This document shows positions 43,707 to 54,049 of a stretch of DNA of 64,000 nt, one piece after another; within the stretch, counting starts at the first letter, position 1; every line of letters starts with the position of its first letter. The notes below the pieces were generated by a model. That model ran no database searches, was not told where the DNA came from, and saw only the letters and a list, made by a program, of their open reading frames with translations. Source of the stretch: a bacterium. Lineage in GTDB: Bacteria > UBA8248 > JACPRG01 > G963555815. Both the position numbers and the translations under genes were made by a program. The DNA is taken from NCBI GenBank assembly GCA_963555815.3, contig CAUVWX020000001.1:1281533-1345532 (forward strand), given 5' to 3'.

Positions 43707-44215
43707 GTTTCCGGATAGGGTGTCCCGAATTTTTCGAGGTGGGCCACCTCGGCGAGGCTCTTCCGATCCTTATTGCCCTTGGCTCGGGGCTCCTTGGGAT
43801 AGCCAAAGGGGAGGACTGTGATGAGCTCCATCTCGGCCGGGATGCCCAGAAACTCCTTGACGGCGTCTCGGTCAAGACCACTCACCCAACAGCTCCCGAT
43901 CCCTTCCTCCCAGGCCGCGAGGACCATGTTCTGCACGGCCCGGGTCGCGTCCCCCAGGGGCATCTTTGAGCCGGAGATGGCGACGGCAACAGCGAGGGGG
44001 GCGTCGGCGATGTAGGGACCCGATGAGGCGAGGGCCCCTATTCGCTTGAGCGCTTCCCGGTCCCCGATCACGATGAAGTGCCAGGGTTGGCGATTTCGCT
44101 GGCTTGGCGCCAACCTTCCCGCCTCTAGAATCTTTCGCACGGAAGCGTCGGGAAGCGGATCAGGGCGAAATTCCCGGACCTCTCGGCGCCTTCGGATGCA
44201 TTCGTGGATATCCAT
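43703..44215 (-). CDS. Nitroreductase family protein
   Basis: RREVREF, APSQRNRQPWHFIVI, QNMVLAAWEEGIGSCWV. Confidence 0.75.
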   Translation of the reverse strand: MDIHECIRRRREVREFRPDPLPDASVRKILEAGRLAPSQRNRQPWHFIVIGDREALKRIGALASSGPYIADAPLAVAVAISGSKMPLGDATRAVQNMVLAAWEEGIGSCWVSGLDRDAVKEFLGIPAEMELITVLPFGYPKEPRAKGNKDRKSLAEVAHLEKFGTPYPET

Positions 44216-44224
44216 GCCGTCTCT

Positions 44225-44869
44225 CTAAAGCTCGATGCGTTTTCCTCGAAGGCGCTTCGAGATCGCCTCGATGTAGGCCTTGTTGGACTCGGAGTGGGGG
44301 AGTATCTCCTGTGTCCGCTTGAACATCTCCAGGGCCTTGGGGAGGTTATCCAGTCGGATGTAGTTCAGCCCTTCCCCGGAGAGGGCCCCGAAGTGATGGG
44401 GGTTGAGCGCAAGGGTGGCTTCGCAGTCAGCGATGGAGTGCTCGTATTCTCCCGCCAGGTAGAGGGCCGTCGCACGCTTGTTGTAACCCTCGGCGAACTC
44501 GGGATCCAGCTCGATGACCTGGGTGAAGGCCGTGATGGCGCTCTGAAGGTCACCCGCGTTCATCAGCCGAATCCCCTGCTGGAGGATGTGGTCGATGTCT
44601 TCGTCGCCCGAGCGATGCCAGATCTTCCACAGGGAGGACTCGGCCTGTGTGCGCACCGGCTGATCAGTGTCCCCCAAGGTCTCGACGAGGGGTTTGATGG
44701 CCGAGGCGTCTCCGATCTCGCCTAGGCGTAGGGCCGCCCTATACCGGACTTCGGACCCGCCCTCTTTCAGCGCCTTCAGGGTTTCCTCTATCTCTGATCC
44801 CCCAGCTGCGCTCACCCCGGCGGCCAAGACTAGGAAGAAGGCCATCGCCTTCGTCATCCCCCTCATCAT
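44225..44869 (-). CDS. Secreted HEAT-repeat + TPR-repeat protein
   Basis: Signal peptide. VRYRAALRLGEIGDASAIKPLVETLGD (HEAT/PBS-lyase-like), then TPR helices. Confidence 0.5.
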   Translation of the reverse strand: MMRGMTKAMAFFLVLAAGVSAAGGSEIEETLKALKEGGSEVRYRAALRLGEIGDASAIKPLVETLGDTDQPVRTQAESSLWKIWHRSGDEDIDHILQQGIRLMNAGDLQSAITAFTQVIELDPEFAEGYNKRATALYLAGEYEHSIADCEATLALNPHHFGALSGEGLNYIRLDNLPKALEMFKRTQEILPHSESNKAYIEAISKRLRGKRIEL

Positions 44870-45543
44870 CGCCCGATTCTCCTTTTTCTGGAATCATCGA
44901 TTTCCGTTACCTGGATCCCCACCGACTTCGTCCCATAACCGTGATTGAGATGAAGGAGGAGAACAGTGAGGCCCTCTACGTGCCGCGCGTTTGTCAGGGG
45001 TCCTGCGTCCAGCCCCCGAAACCCCAGCCTTCCCGTCAAATAGAGGGCGGCCTCCTTCGCCGGAGGATCATCGCCGCAAACCAGAACGTCTCCCCGCAGG
45101 GGCTCGGGCCATCGGTTCAGCCCATGGGCCGAGACATTCTGAAAGGCCGCCGCCAGATGGATTTCTGTCCCAAGGACGGCCCGAGCTTCCTCAGCCGCAG
45201 ATCCCTCGGGTGGCGGTACGTGGGCTGGGGGAAATCCCGGGCCAAGGGGGATGGCCACATCGATGACGATTTTTTTCTGGAGCCGGGGGGCAAGACGGGT
45301 GAGAAGGGAACGATGGCCTTCAAAGGGGACGCTCACGACGATGACCTCGGCGGCCTCGGCCACTTCCTCATTGGTGCCGCCTCGAAGGAGATCCTGACCC
45401 AAGCGGGCGTTCAACTCGGCGCCGGTCGCCCGTGCCCTCTCTGCCTGCCGGGAGCCAATGAGGATCTCCTCTCCGGCTGATGCCCAGTGAAGGGCCAGGC
45501 CCTTTCCCTCGGGGCCCGTGCCGCCGAAGATCGCAACCCTCAT
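44866..45543 (-). CDS. npdG: NADPH-dependent F420 reductase
   Basis: MRVAIFGGTGPEGKGLALHWASAGEEILIGSR and a 225 aa size are typical of Fno/NpdG. Confidence 0.75.
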   Translation of the reverse strand: MRVAIFGGTGPEGKGLALHWASAGEEILIGSRQAERARATGAELNARLGQDLLRGGTNEEVAEAAEVIVVSVPFEGHRSLLTRLAPRLQKKIVIDVAIPLGPGFPPAHVPPPEGSAAEEARAVLGTEIHLAAAFQNVSAHGLNRWPEPLRGDVLVCGDDPPAKEAALYLTGRLGFRGLDAGPLTNARHVEGLTVLLLHLNHGYGTKSVGIQVTEIDDSRKRRIGR

Positions 45544-46226
45544 ACACCCTCCTGGAAAAGCGAACGCCTCCTTTTCTTATATCACCCCTTTTTGGGTTTG
45601 GCAAAAGGCGGCGGGCGTTCCAGAGACGGCACCCGATCCAGAGGGCTCTTGGGGGGAGAACGTCTCCGGGGCGGCTCAGAGTTCGAGTTGATAACGCCGG
45701 ATCTTTTTCAAGAGGCCGAGCCGGCTGAGGCCCAGGGCCGCCGCCGCCCGTCAACAGGATATACCGCTCCATACGTTATTAACAAATCCCGTGCTAAGGG
45801 AGGATGGCCCCTGATTTTGACTGGATAATGTAAATACATTCAAATAGTTATTTAGAATAAGGTGGGTTTCCCGGGATCCCGATTTCGCATCCCAGAAAGG
45901 GCTTTCCGTTAACTTGATTAGCGAAATCTGGTGAGAATTGCCCCTCTCCGATTTAAAAGCAAAATAATATTAATGAGTTACATGTGTAAAAACGATTAAC
46001 AGTCAGGGGTTTCTTCTGTTCTCATGGGCTGCGGTTTCTAGGGCGGCGCGCCAGGGTTTTGATACAAGGGCCAGAAGGGGTCATCCCCCTTTTGGGTCGC
46101 TCTCCAAGAGGCCGGGATGCGGAAAGGGCGTAGGATTGACAGTTTCTTGGGGTTATGGCTAGATGGTCCCGTCAGTTAACCAGTTAAGGGAATTGCAATC
46201 CGTTTTGGAGGGGAGGATTTCCGGGC

Positions 46227-47522
46227 TTGAACCTTTTGAGGCGCATCAAGCGTAAAGAGATAAAGGCCGGCATCATCGGGGTGGGCTATGTGGGCCTTCC
46301 CCTGGCCGTTGAGTTCGCCCGAGGGGGCTATCGAGTGACTGGGATCGATGTGGACGCCCCCAAAGTCGGAAAGATCAACCGGGGAGAAAGCTATATCCCC
46401 GATGTCACGTCCCGGGAGCTTCGACAACTGGTTAATGCCGGCTGCCTTCATGCGACGGACCGGTTTGATGCCTTGTCAGAGCTGGACACCATCAACATCT
46501 GCGTCCCCACCCCTCTTCGAAAGACCAAAGACCCTGATCTCTCTTTTATCGTCGCCGCTGTGGAACAGGTGCGAAACAATCTACGCACGGGTCAGCTGGT
46601 CATCCTGGAGAGTACGACCTATCCCGGGACGACGGAGGAGATCGTCCTCCCGCTCCTTCAAGAGAGCGGCCTGCAGGTGGGCAAGGATTTCTGGCTGGCT
46701 TTTTCTCCGGAGCGGCTGGACCCGGGAAACCGGGAATATACCACCCGCAACATCCCTAAGGTGGTGGGCGGCATCACCCCTGCCTGCGCTGAGATGGCCG
46801 CCGCCCTCTACAAGGGCTGCATCGAATCCGTGGTCTCTGTCTCCTCGACCCGCGTGGCTGAGATGGTGAAACTCCTTGAGAACACCTTCAGGAGCGTCAA
46901 CATCGGCCTCGTCAATGAGATGGCCCTTCTCTGCCATCGGCTGAACATTGATGTTTGGGAGGTCATTGAGGCGGCCAGGACCAAGCCCTTTGGCTTCATG
47001 GCCTTCTATCCTGGTCCGGGCCTGGGGGGCCACTGTCTTCCCGTCGATCCCATCTATCTCTCCTGGAAGGCCCGGATGAACGGCTTTGAGGCCCGCTTCA
47101 TCGAGCTGGCCGGGATGACCAATTCCATGATGCCCCGGTTCGTGGTGGAGAAGGTGGGAGACGCCCTCAACGCTGGGGGGAAGAGCATCCGGGGCTCCCG
47201 CATCCACGCCCTCGGGGTCGCCTATAAGAAGAACACAGGGGATGTTCGAGAGTCTCCCGCCCTTGACGTCCTGAGCCTCCTTCATGAAAAGGGGGCGAAC
47301 CTCTCCTATAGCGATCGTTATGTCCGTCGAGTCTCGGTCGGCCCCCTCGCTCTTAAGGCCATCGAGCCCGGGCCTCAGGTCCTTCGCCGGTCCGACTGCG
47401 TGGTCCTTCTGACGGACCATGACTATTTCCGCAAGAAGGACGTCTTCCAGTACGCCCGGCTTATCCTGGACACCCGAAACGCCTTCCAGGGTTTTAACGG
47501 CCCCAAGGTCATCAAGCTTTGA
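46227..47522 (+). CDS. Nucleotide-sugar 6-dehydrogenase (UDP-GlcNAc/ManNAc dehydrogenase family, WbpA/TviB/WecC-like)
   Basis: KAGIIGVGYVGLPLAVEFARGGY, GPGLGGHCLPVDP (catalytic Cys). TTG start lies 9 nt after GGAGGGGAGGA. Confidence 0.85.
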   Translation: MNLLRRIKRKEIKAGIIGVGYVGLPLAVEFARGGYRVTGIDVDAPKVGKINRGESYIPDVTSRELRQLVNAGCLHATDRFDALSELDTINICVPTPLRKTKDPDLSFIVAAVEQVRNNLRTGQLVILESTTYPGTTEEIVLPLLQESGLQVGKDFWLAFSPERLDPGNREYTTRNIPKVVGGITPACAEMAAALYKGCIESVVSVSSTRVAEMVKLLENTFRSVNIGLVNEMALLCHRLNIDVWEVIEAARTKPFGFMAFYPGPGLGGHCLPVDPIYLSWKARMNGFEARFIELAGMTNSMMPRFVVEKVGDALNAGGKSIRGSRIHALGVAYKKNTGDVRESPALDVLSLLHEKGANLSYSDRYVRRVSVGPLALKAIEPGPQVLRRSDCVVLLTDHDYFRKKDVFQYARLILDTRNAFQGFNGPKVIKL

Positions 47523-47589
47523 TCCCCCAAACCGAATCGGCCCCTTCTCTGTCCCTCTACGAGGTTTCCCGCCTCTTTTGTCCGGGGTC

Positions 47590-48528
47590 GTGCGCTACCT
47601 TGTGACCGGTGGGGCCGGCTTCATCGGTTCTCATCTGGTCTTCAAGCTGGTGGAACGAGGAGAATCCGTCCGGGTCTTGGATGACCTTTCTACCGGCCGG
47701 ATGGAGAATCTCACTCAGGTTTTGGGGACAGTCGAATGGGTCAAGGGCGATATCCGGGATCCGGCCTCGGTCCTGGACGCCGCCCAGGGGGTAGATGTCA
47801 TCCTCCACCACGCCGCCCTTCCCTCGGTCCAGCGTTCCACTGAGCGCCCTCAAGAGACAAACGCCGTCAACGTCCTCGGATCGCTCAATGTCCTGGAGGC
47901 GGCCCGAAAGTGCGGGGTCCGTCGGGTGGTTTACGCGGCCTCCTCTTCTATTTACGGGGACTCCGAAGCCCTGCCCAAAGGGGAGGACCTCCCCTCCCGT
48001 CCCCTCTCTCCTTACGCTGCTTCTAAGGCGGCGGGGGAGATGTACTGCACGGCCTACTATCGGACCTTTGGTCTGGAGACGGTGAGCCTTCGCTACTTCA
48101 ACGTCTTTGGTCCCCGCCAGGACCCCCTTTCTCCCTATGCGGCCGTCATCCCCCGCTTCATCCAGGCCCTCTTGAGTGGCCAGTCCCCGACCATCTTCGG
48201 GGATGGAGAGCAGACCCGCGATTTCACCTATGTGGGCAATGCCGTTGAAGCCTGCCTGAAGGCCGTCGAGGCCCCCGACGCAGCGGGGGGGGTCTTTAAC
48301 GTGGCCTGCGGAGAGCGCTCCTCCGTGAATCAGCTCCTGGCTCACCTGAAGACGATTATGGGGTCCACCACCACCACCGCTTATGTCGAGGCTCGACCCG
48401 GAGATGTAAAGCACTCCCAGGCTGATATTACGAAGGCAAAACGGACCCTGGGCTATGAGCCGAAGGTGGATTTCCTCTCGGGTCTCAGGCAAACTGTCGA
48501 ATGGTTTTCCAGCAAAGCAGCGGGTTGA
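47590..48528 (+). CDS. NAD-dependent nucleotide-sugar epimerase (WbpP/TviC-like SDR)
   Basis: VRYLVTGGAGFIGSHL, YAASKAAGE. I chose GTG 47590 because the ORF-track start at 47419 overlaps the upstream gene by about 100 nt. Confidence 0.75.
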   Translation: MRYLVTGGAGFIGSHLVFKLVERGESVRVLDDLSTGRMENLTQVLGTVEWVKGDIRDPASVLDAAQGVDVILHHAALPSVQRSTERPQETNAVNVLGSLNVLEAARKCGVRRVVYAASSSIYGDSEALPKGEDLPSRPLSPYAASKAAGEMYCTAYYRTFGLETVSLRYFNVFGPRQDPLSPYAAVIPRFIQALLSGQSPTIFGDGEQTRDFTYVGNAVEACLKAVEAPDAAGGVFNVACGERSSVNQLLAHLKTIMGSTTTTAYVEARPGDVKHSQADITKAKRTLGYEPKVDFLSGLRQTVEWFSSKAAG

Positions 48529-48543
48529 AAGGCCCCTTTGGCC

Positions 48544-48571
48544 TTGACAAGCCAAGGGGGGGTGTTAAATT
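48544..48571 (+). promoter_or_regulatory. Possible sigma-70-type promoter for rplM-rpsI
   Basis: TTGACA (48544-48549), 16 nt, then TAAATT (48566-48571), about 35 nt upstream of the rplM ATG. Confidence 0.3.
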
Positions 48572-48604
48572 TTTCGTTTACACTAGAATGGGGTTTTTGA
48601 CGCC

Positions 48605-49045
48605 ATGTCTCAGAAGACAGTATTTCTTCGAAAAGAGGACGCCGAAAAGGGGCGAAGGTGGTTCCTTGTCGACGCTGAAGGCCACATCCTAGGGCGCCTT
48701 GCGAGCCGGGTTGCCAGCGTGCTGCATGGAAAGCACAAGGCGATCTTCACACCCCATGTGGACGGAGGAGACCACGTCATCGTCATCAATGCCCAGGGGG
48801 TGGTCCTGACAGGCCGAAAGCTCAAGGACAAGGTCTATTATCGGCATTCGGGCTATCCGAGCGGGATTCGGGCGACGTCGGCCGAGGAGATGATGAAGAC
48901 TCATCCTGAACGGGTCATCGAGATAGCCGTTCGGGGAATGCTCCCAAAGAACAGTCTTGGGCGGGCGATGCTGAGGAAGCTCAAGGTGTACCGGGGTGGC
49001 GATCACCCCCACGAAGCCCAGCGGCCCGAGCCCCTGGACCTTTGA
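48605..49045 (+). CDS. rplM: 50S ribosomal protein L13
   Basis: [47 protein letters not shown]. Confidence 0.95.
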   Translation: MSQKTVFLRKEDAEKGRRWFLVDAEGHILGRLASRVASVLHGKHKAIFTPHVDGGDHVIVINAQGVVLTGRKLKDKVYYRHSGYPSGIRATSAEEMMKTHPERVIEIAVRGMLPKNSLGRAMLRKLKVYRGGDHPHEAQRPEPLDL

Positions 49046-49055
49046 GAGGGAGACG

Positions 49056-49445
49056 ATGAAGGATAAGTTTTACGCCACGGGCAAGCGCAAGAGCGCTATT
49101 GCCAGAGTGTGGATCAGCCCGGGCCAGGGCAATCTCCTCATCAATCGCAAGCCTTCGGAGGAATATTTTCGAGGGGAGACAGCCCGCGGACTGTTGAAGC
49201 AGCCTTTTGAGGTGACGGGGACTTGGGGCAGTTACGACGCCTACATCACGGTCAAGGGTGGCGGCGAATCCGGCCAGGCGGGAGCCATCAAGCATGGGAT
49301 CGCAAGGGCCCTTGTGGTCGCCGACCCCCAATTCCGGGCCACTTTGAAGAAGGCTGGCCTTCTCACGCGGGATCCCAGGGTGAAGGAACGAAAAAAATAC
49401 GGCCAGCGAGGGGCCCGCGCCCGATTCCAATTCTCCAAGCGTTAA
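49056..49445 (+). CDS. rpsI: 30S ribosomal protein S9
   Basis: [20 protein letters not shown] ... [22 protein letters not shown] 49056 follows GAGGGAG. Confidence 0.95.
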   Translation: MKDKFYATGKRKSAIARVWISPGQGNLLINRKPSEEYFRGETARGLLKQPFEVTGTWGSYDAYITVKGGGESGQAGAIKHGIARALVVADPQFRATLKKAGLLTRDPRVKERKKYGQRGARARFQFSKR

Positions 49446-49473
49446 TCTTCACACTTTCCCTCATCGTGAGATC

Positions 49474-50523
49474 ATGACGGCCGTGCTTCGCGTAGCGATT
49501 GTGGGGGCCACGGGTTACGCGGGGGCAGAACTGCTGCGCCTCCTCCTGGGGCATCCCGATGTGGAGGTGACGCATCTGACCTCTGAGACCTTCTCAGGCC
49601 AGAGCGCCGCAGGGGTCTTTCCCGCCCTCAGGGGTCGCCTCAACCTTCGCCTGGAGGCCTTTGAGACGAAGGCGGTGGCCCAGGCGGCGGATTTCATTTT
49701 TACGGCCCTTCCCCCCCAGAAAGCCATGGCGGTTATCCCGAATTTCCTGAAGGCGGGCCGGCGAGTAGTGGACCTTAGCGCGGATTACCGGCTCAAAGAC
49801 CCCGCCGTGTACGCAGAATGGTACGGCGCAAAACATACGAGCGCGGATCTTTTGGCCGAAGCCGTGTACGGCCTTCCAGAATTTTATCGGGAGGACATTC
49901 GAAAGGCCCGTCTTGTGGCCAATCCAGGCTGCTATCCAACTGGGGGTATCCTGGCCCTGGGGCCTCTCCTAGAAGCGCGCCTCCTTGACCCGAGCAGTCT
50001 CGTCGTCGATGCCAAGTCCGGTGTGTCGGGGGCCGGTCGGCGGGTGGAGCTCCCCTACCAATTCTCTGAGGTCAACGAGAGCCTCCGTGCCTACGGTCTG
50101 CCCCGCCACCGCCACACTCCGGAGATGGAGCAGGAGCTCGGCCGCCTTGCGGGAGATCCCCTGAGCCTCACCTTTACGCCCCATCTTGTGCCCATGACGC
50201 GGGGGGTCCTGACCACCTGTTACGGGCAGGGGACGCGCTCCCTGGACGGAAAAGAGGTTAGGGGGGTCCTTGAGGCTGCATATCAGGAAGAACCGTTTGT
50301 GTGCCTCTCGCCGGAAGGGGAGTACCCGACGACGGGCCAGGTCTGGGGTTCCAATCATGTCGGTCTGGCAGTCCAGGTAGACACCCGAACCAACAGGGTG
50401 ATCGTGATCAGCGTCTTGGACAATCTGGTGAAGGGGGCTGCCGGAGCCGCCATCCAGAATATGAACCTGATGGCTGGCTTTCCAGAAACGCGGGGCCTAG
50501 AGGGCCTCGGCATCCCCGTTTGA
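49474..50523 (+). CDS. argC: N-acetyl-gamma-glutamyl-phosphate reductase
   Basis: VAIVGATGYAGAELLRLL, ANPGCYPT (catalytic Cys). Confidence 0.9.
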   Translation: MTAVLRVAIVGATGYAGAELLRLLLGHPDVEVTHLTSETFSGQSAAGVFPALRGRLNLRLEAFETKAVAQAADFIFTALPPQKAMAVIPNFLKAGRRVVDLSADYRLKDPAVYAEWYGAKHTSADLLAEAVYGLPEFYREDIRKARLVANPGCYPTGGILALGPLLEARLLDPSSLVVDAKSGVSGAGRRVELPYQFSEVNESLRAYGLPRHRHTPEMEQELGRLAGDPLSLTFTPHLVPMTRGVLTTCYGQGTRSLDGKEVRGVLEAAYQEEPFVCLSPEGEYPTTGQVWGSNHVGLAVQVDTRTNRVIVISVLDNLVKGAAGAAIQNMNLMAGFPETRGLEGLGIPV

Positions 50524-50529
50524 GAAGGG

Positions 50530-51732
50530 ATGAGGGTGAAAAAAGAAGGCCTGCTGGGGGGGGTCACCTTCCCAAGAGATTTCACGGCCGCCGGGGTGCG
50601 CTGCGGGCTCAAAGAGAAGGGGCGTGATCTTGCCCTCATCTTCTCCAAGCGTGAGGCGACCGCGGCGGGGGTTTTTACCGTGAATCAAATGGTCGCTGCC
50701 CCGGTAACGCTTTGCCGGCAGCGGATGAGAGGGGGAAAGGCCCGCGCTATCGTCATCAATAGCGGAGTGGCCAACGCCTGTACCGGTCCTCAGGGGGAGA
50801 AGGACGCCAAAATTATGGCCGCCCGAACGGCCGAGGCATTGGGTGTTCAGGAAGAGGAGGTCCTGGTCGCTTCAACAGGGGTGATCGGGGACCCTCTGCC
50901 TATGACCAAAATCCTGGCCGGGATCCCCGAGGTCGCCGCCGCCCTGGGCCCTGAGGGGGGCACCCAGGCCGCCGAGGCCATCATGACGACCGACACGGTC
51001 CCCAAGATGTCGGCCCTGGAGTGCGAGCTGCCCAAAGGGGTTGTGCGAATTGGAGGGATGGCCAAGGGGGCGGGAATGATCCAGCCCCGGCTGGCCACCA
51101 TGCTCGCCTTCCTCACCACGGATGCCTCTGTCCCATCCGCCCTTCTTCAGAGTTGCCTGAAGGCGGCGGCCCAGAAATCTTTCAACCGCATCACAGTGGA
51201 TGGGGACACCAGTACCAACGATAGCGTCATCCTCCTTGCCAACGGGGCCTCTGGATACCCTGTAGAGGACTCGGGCCGAGCGGCCTTCCAGGAGGCCCTC
51301 GATCAGGTGTGTGGAGACCTCGCCCGGGCCATTGTCCGAGACGGGGAGGGGGCGACCAAGTTCGTGACGGTCCGGGTCCTTGGGGCCGCCACATCTGAAG
51401 GGGCCTATCAGGTGGCCGCCTCGGTGGCCAATTCTAATCTGGTTAAGGCCAGTCTCTTCGGCGGCGACCCGAATTGGGGGCGAATTCTGTCGGCTGTCGG
51501 AAATGCCGGCGTAGAGGTTCGGCCCGAAAAGATAGGGTTTCAGATTGGGGAGACGGAGATTGTCCGCCAGGGGACAGCAGTGGTGGGGGGAAGAGACCGG
51601 ATGAGAGAGGCCCTGGGGGCGGAAGATCTCCTCCTGACCATCGATCTGGGAATCGGTGAAGCGTCTGCCACTATGTGGACGACCGATCTGAGCTATGAAT
51701 ATGTCAGGATTAATTCAGCCTATCTCACCTGA
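50530..51732 (+). CDS. argJ: Bifunctional ornithine acetyltransferase / N-acetylglutamate synthase
   Basis: GMIQPRLATMLAFLTTDA (autocleavage ATML site), DGDTSTND. Confidence 0.9.
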   Translation: MRVKKEGLLGGVTFPRDFTAAGVRCGLKEKGRDLALIFSKREATAAGVFTVNQMVAAPVTLCRQRMRGGKARAIVINSGVANACTGPQGEKDAKIMAARTAEALGVQEEEVLVASTGVIGDPLPMTKILAGIPEVAAALGPEGGTQAAEAIMTTDTVPKMSALECELPKGVVRIGGMAKGAGMIQPRLATMLAFLTTDASVPSALLQSCLKAAAQKSFNRITVDGDTSTNDSVILLANGASGYPVEDSGRAAFQEALDQVCGDLARAIVRDGEGATKFVTVRVLGAATSEGAYQVAASVANSNLVKASLFGGDPNWGRILSAVGNAGVEVRPEKIGFQIGETEIVRQGTAVVGGRDRMREALGAEDLLLTIDLGIGEASATMWTTDLSYEYVRINSAYLT

Positions 51733-51855
51733 GAAGAAGGGGGATTTGGCAGTTGATAGGGCGACGTGGGAAGGCTATAATTAACCAGAAACGGGAATAG
51801 GCTGCTTAGGCTGCTCAAAAAGGGGGGCTTGTGTCCTCCAGGGAGGGAGAGAAGT

Positions 51856-52635
51856 TTGCCTTATGTGACCATGAGACAACTCCTTGAGGCGGGTGCCCAT
51901 TTTGGACACCAGACCAAGAGGTGGAACCCCAAGATGGGTCGCTACATCTTCGGGTCTCGAAACGGCATCTATGTCATTGACCTTCAGCAGACCCTGGAGA
52001 GGTTGAAGGAGGCCTGCGGTTTCCTGCGGGACGTTACGGCCGCGGGCGAGATGGTCCTCTTTGTGGGGACCAAGAAACAAGCCCAGGAGATCATCGCCGC
52101 GGAGGCAGCCCGATGCGAGATGCCCTATGTCACTAAGCGGTGGCTCGGGGGCCTCTTGACCAACTTTGTCACCTTGAAACGCCGGGTGGCCCGGCTGCGC
52201 GAGCTCGATGAGCGTAACGAGACGGAGCCCCGCGGGGGGATCACCAAGAAAGAGGGCATGCAGCTGGAGAAGGAGCGCCAGCGCTTGGACAAATATCTCG
52301 GCGGGATTCGCCAGATGGATCAGCATCCAGGCGCCCTCTTCATCGTGGACCCGCGAAAGGAGCGGATTGCCGTCAAGGAGGCCCGGAGATTGGGGATCAA
52401 GGTGGTGGCAGTGGTGGACACAAATTGTGACCCGGACGATGTGGATTACGTCCTGCCTGGAAATGACGACGCCATCCGGTCCATTCGGCTCTTCGCGGTG
52501 ACCGTGGCGGATGCCATCCTGGAGGGCAGGGCAGCCATCCAAGAGGAGAAGGATAGGGAAGAGAAGGATAGGGAAGAGAAAGAGAAGGAATCTGGGGAGC
52601 CGGCTGAGGTGGTGTCAGGGGATCAAAAGAGTTAG
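51856..52635 (+). CDS. rpsB: 30S ribosomal protein S2
   Basis: [27 protein letters not shown] 51856 gives an N-terminus matching the usual M-x-x-V-x-M pattern; ATG 51871 is the alternative. Lys/Glu/Asp-rich C-terminal tail. Confidence 0.88.
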   Translation: MPYVTMRQLLEAGAHFGHQTKRWNPKMGRYIFGSRNGIYVIDLQQTLERLKEACGFLRDVTAAGEMVLFVGTKKQAQEIIAAEAARCEMPYVTKRWLGGLLTNFVTLKRRVARLRELDERNETEPRGGITKKEGMQLEKERQRLDKYLGGIRQMDQHPGALFIVDPRKERIAVKEARRLGIKVVAVVDTNCDPDDVDYVLPGNDDAIRSIRLFAVTVADAILEGRAAIQEEKDREEKDREEKEKESGEPAEVVSGDQKS

Positions 52636-52649
52636 TGAAGGGTGGGGTG

Positions 52650-53303
52650 ATGGAAGTTACGGCCGTTCAGGTAAAAACATTGCGACATCGCACCGGCGCC
52701 GGGGTGATGGATTGTAAGTGGGCTCTCCAGAAATCCGAAGGCGACGTGGAGCAGGCCATCGATCTCCTCCGTCAAAAAGGTCTTTCAGACGCCGCCAAGA
52801 AATCAGAAAGAGTCGCCACCGAGGGTCTTGTGGCCTCCTACATCCACCCCGGAGGAAAGGTGGGTGTGCTCCTGGAGGTAAACTGCGAAACAGACTTTGT
52901 CGCCAAGACGCCCCAATTTCAGGGGCTGGTCAAGGACATCGCCCTCCAGGTGGCTGCGAGTGCCCCCCTTGGTGTCCGCCAGGAAGACTTGGACCCCGAG
53001 GTCGTGGATCGCGAGCGGGGCATCTATCACGCCCAGACCCAGGAGACCGGAAAACCTGAGGCGGTCATCTCCCGCATTGTCCAGGGAAGGCTAGATAAAT
53101 TCTATCGGGAGTCAGTGCTCCTCGAGCAGGCCTTCGTCAAAGACCCGGACAAAAATGTGGAGACCTTGGTCAAGGAAAAGATCGCAGAGCTGGGCGAAAA
53201 TATCTCCATTCGGCGTTTTGTCCGCTTTCAGCTGGGGGAGGGGATGGACAAGGCGCAGAAGGACTTCGCCGAAGAGGTAAAGGAACAACTGGGAAAGACC
53301 TGA
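52650..53303 (+). CDS. tsf: Translation elongation factor Ts
   Basis: [33 protein letters not shown]. Confidence 0.9.
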   Translation: MEVTAVQVKTLRHRTGAGVMDCKWALQKSEGDVEQAIDLLRQKGLSDAAKKSERVATEGLVASYIHPGGKVGVLLEVNCETDFVAKTPQFQGLVKDIALQVAASAPLGVRQEDLDPEVVDRERGIYHAQTQETGKPEAVISRIVQGRLDKFYRESVLLEQAFVKDPDKNVETLVKEKIAELGENISIRRFVRFQLGEGMDKAQKDFAEEVKEQLGKT

Positions 53304-53326
53304 AAGGAGGCCGCCCGGGCGGGGAA

Positions 53327-54046
53327 ATGACTGCGAGTGTCTATAAACGGGTCCTTCTGAAGATTAGCGGAGAAGCCCTGATGGGCCCCCAGTCCTTTGG
53401 GATGGACCCTGAGGTGATGGCGACCATCGGCGCCGAGCTGACCGATGTAAAGGCCATGGGGGTGGAGGTCGCCATTGTCATCGGCGGAGGGAACATCTTC
53501 CGCGGCGCGACGGCAGCCGCCGCCGGCATGGACCGGGTCACGGCCGACTACATGGGCATGCTGGCCACCGTGATGAACGCCCTTGCGCTTCAGGACGCCC
53601 TGGAGAAGGCGGGGCTCGTGACTCGGGTCCTTTCGGCCATTGCCATGCAGGAACTGGCCGAACCTTACATTCGCAGGAGGGCCATCCGACACCTGGAGAA
53701 AGACCGGGTGATCATTTTGGCGGGAGGGACAGGGAATCCATATTTCACGACGGACACGGCCGCCTCCCTTCGGGCCATGGAGATTGGGGCCGAGGTCATC
53801 ATGAAGGCGACCAATGTGGATGGGGTTTACACCAGCGACCCGGAGTTGGATGCGGACGCAAAAAAGCTGCCGCGGGTTCGTTACCTGGACATCCTCGAAC
53901 AGGGCCTTCAAGTCATGGATGCAACGGCCATCTCCCTCTGTATGGAAAACAACTTACCCATCGTCGTCTTCAACATCAAAACCCCGGGCAACATCAAGCG
54001 CATCCTTCAGGGTGAGATGGTAGGGTCCGTGGTAGGGGTGGACTGA
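53327..54046 (+). CDS. pyrH: UMP kinase
   Basis: [28 protein letters not shown]. Confidence 0.9.
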   Translation: MTASVYKRVLLKISGEALMGPQSFGMDPEVMATIGAELTDVKAMGVEVAIVIGGGNIFRGATAAAAGMDRVTADYMGMLATVMNALALQDALEKAGLVTRVLSAIAMQELAEPYIRRRAIRHLEKDRVIILAGGTGNPYFTTDTAASLRAMEIGAEVIMKATNVDGVYTSDPELDADAKKLPRVRYLDILEQGLQVMDATAISLCMENNLPIVVFNIKTPGNIKRILQGEMVGSVVGVD

Positions 54047-54049
54047 GAG

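Noticed and set aside
52546-52590. 15-bp tandem repeat GAGAAGGATAGGGAA (x2 plus a degenerate third) at the 3' end of rpsB, encoding EKDRE repeats
   Set aside because: It is a low-complexity charged C-terminal tail, which is common in S2 proteins. It is in frame and unremarkable beyond possible length polymorphism.
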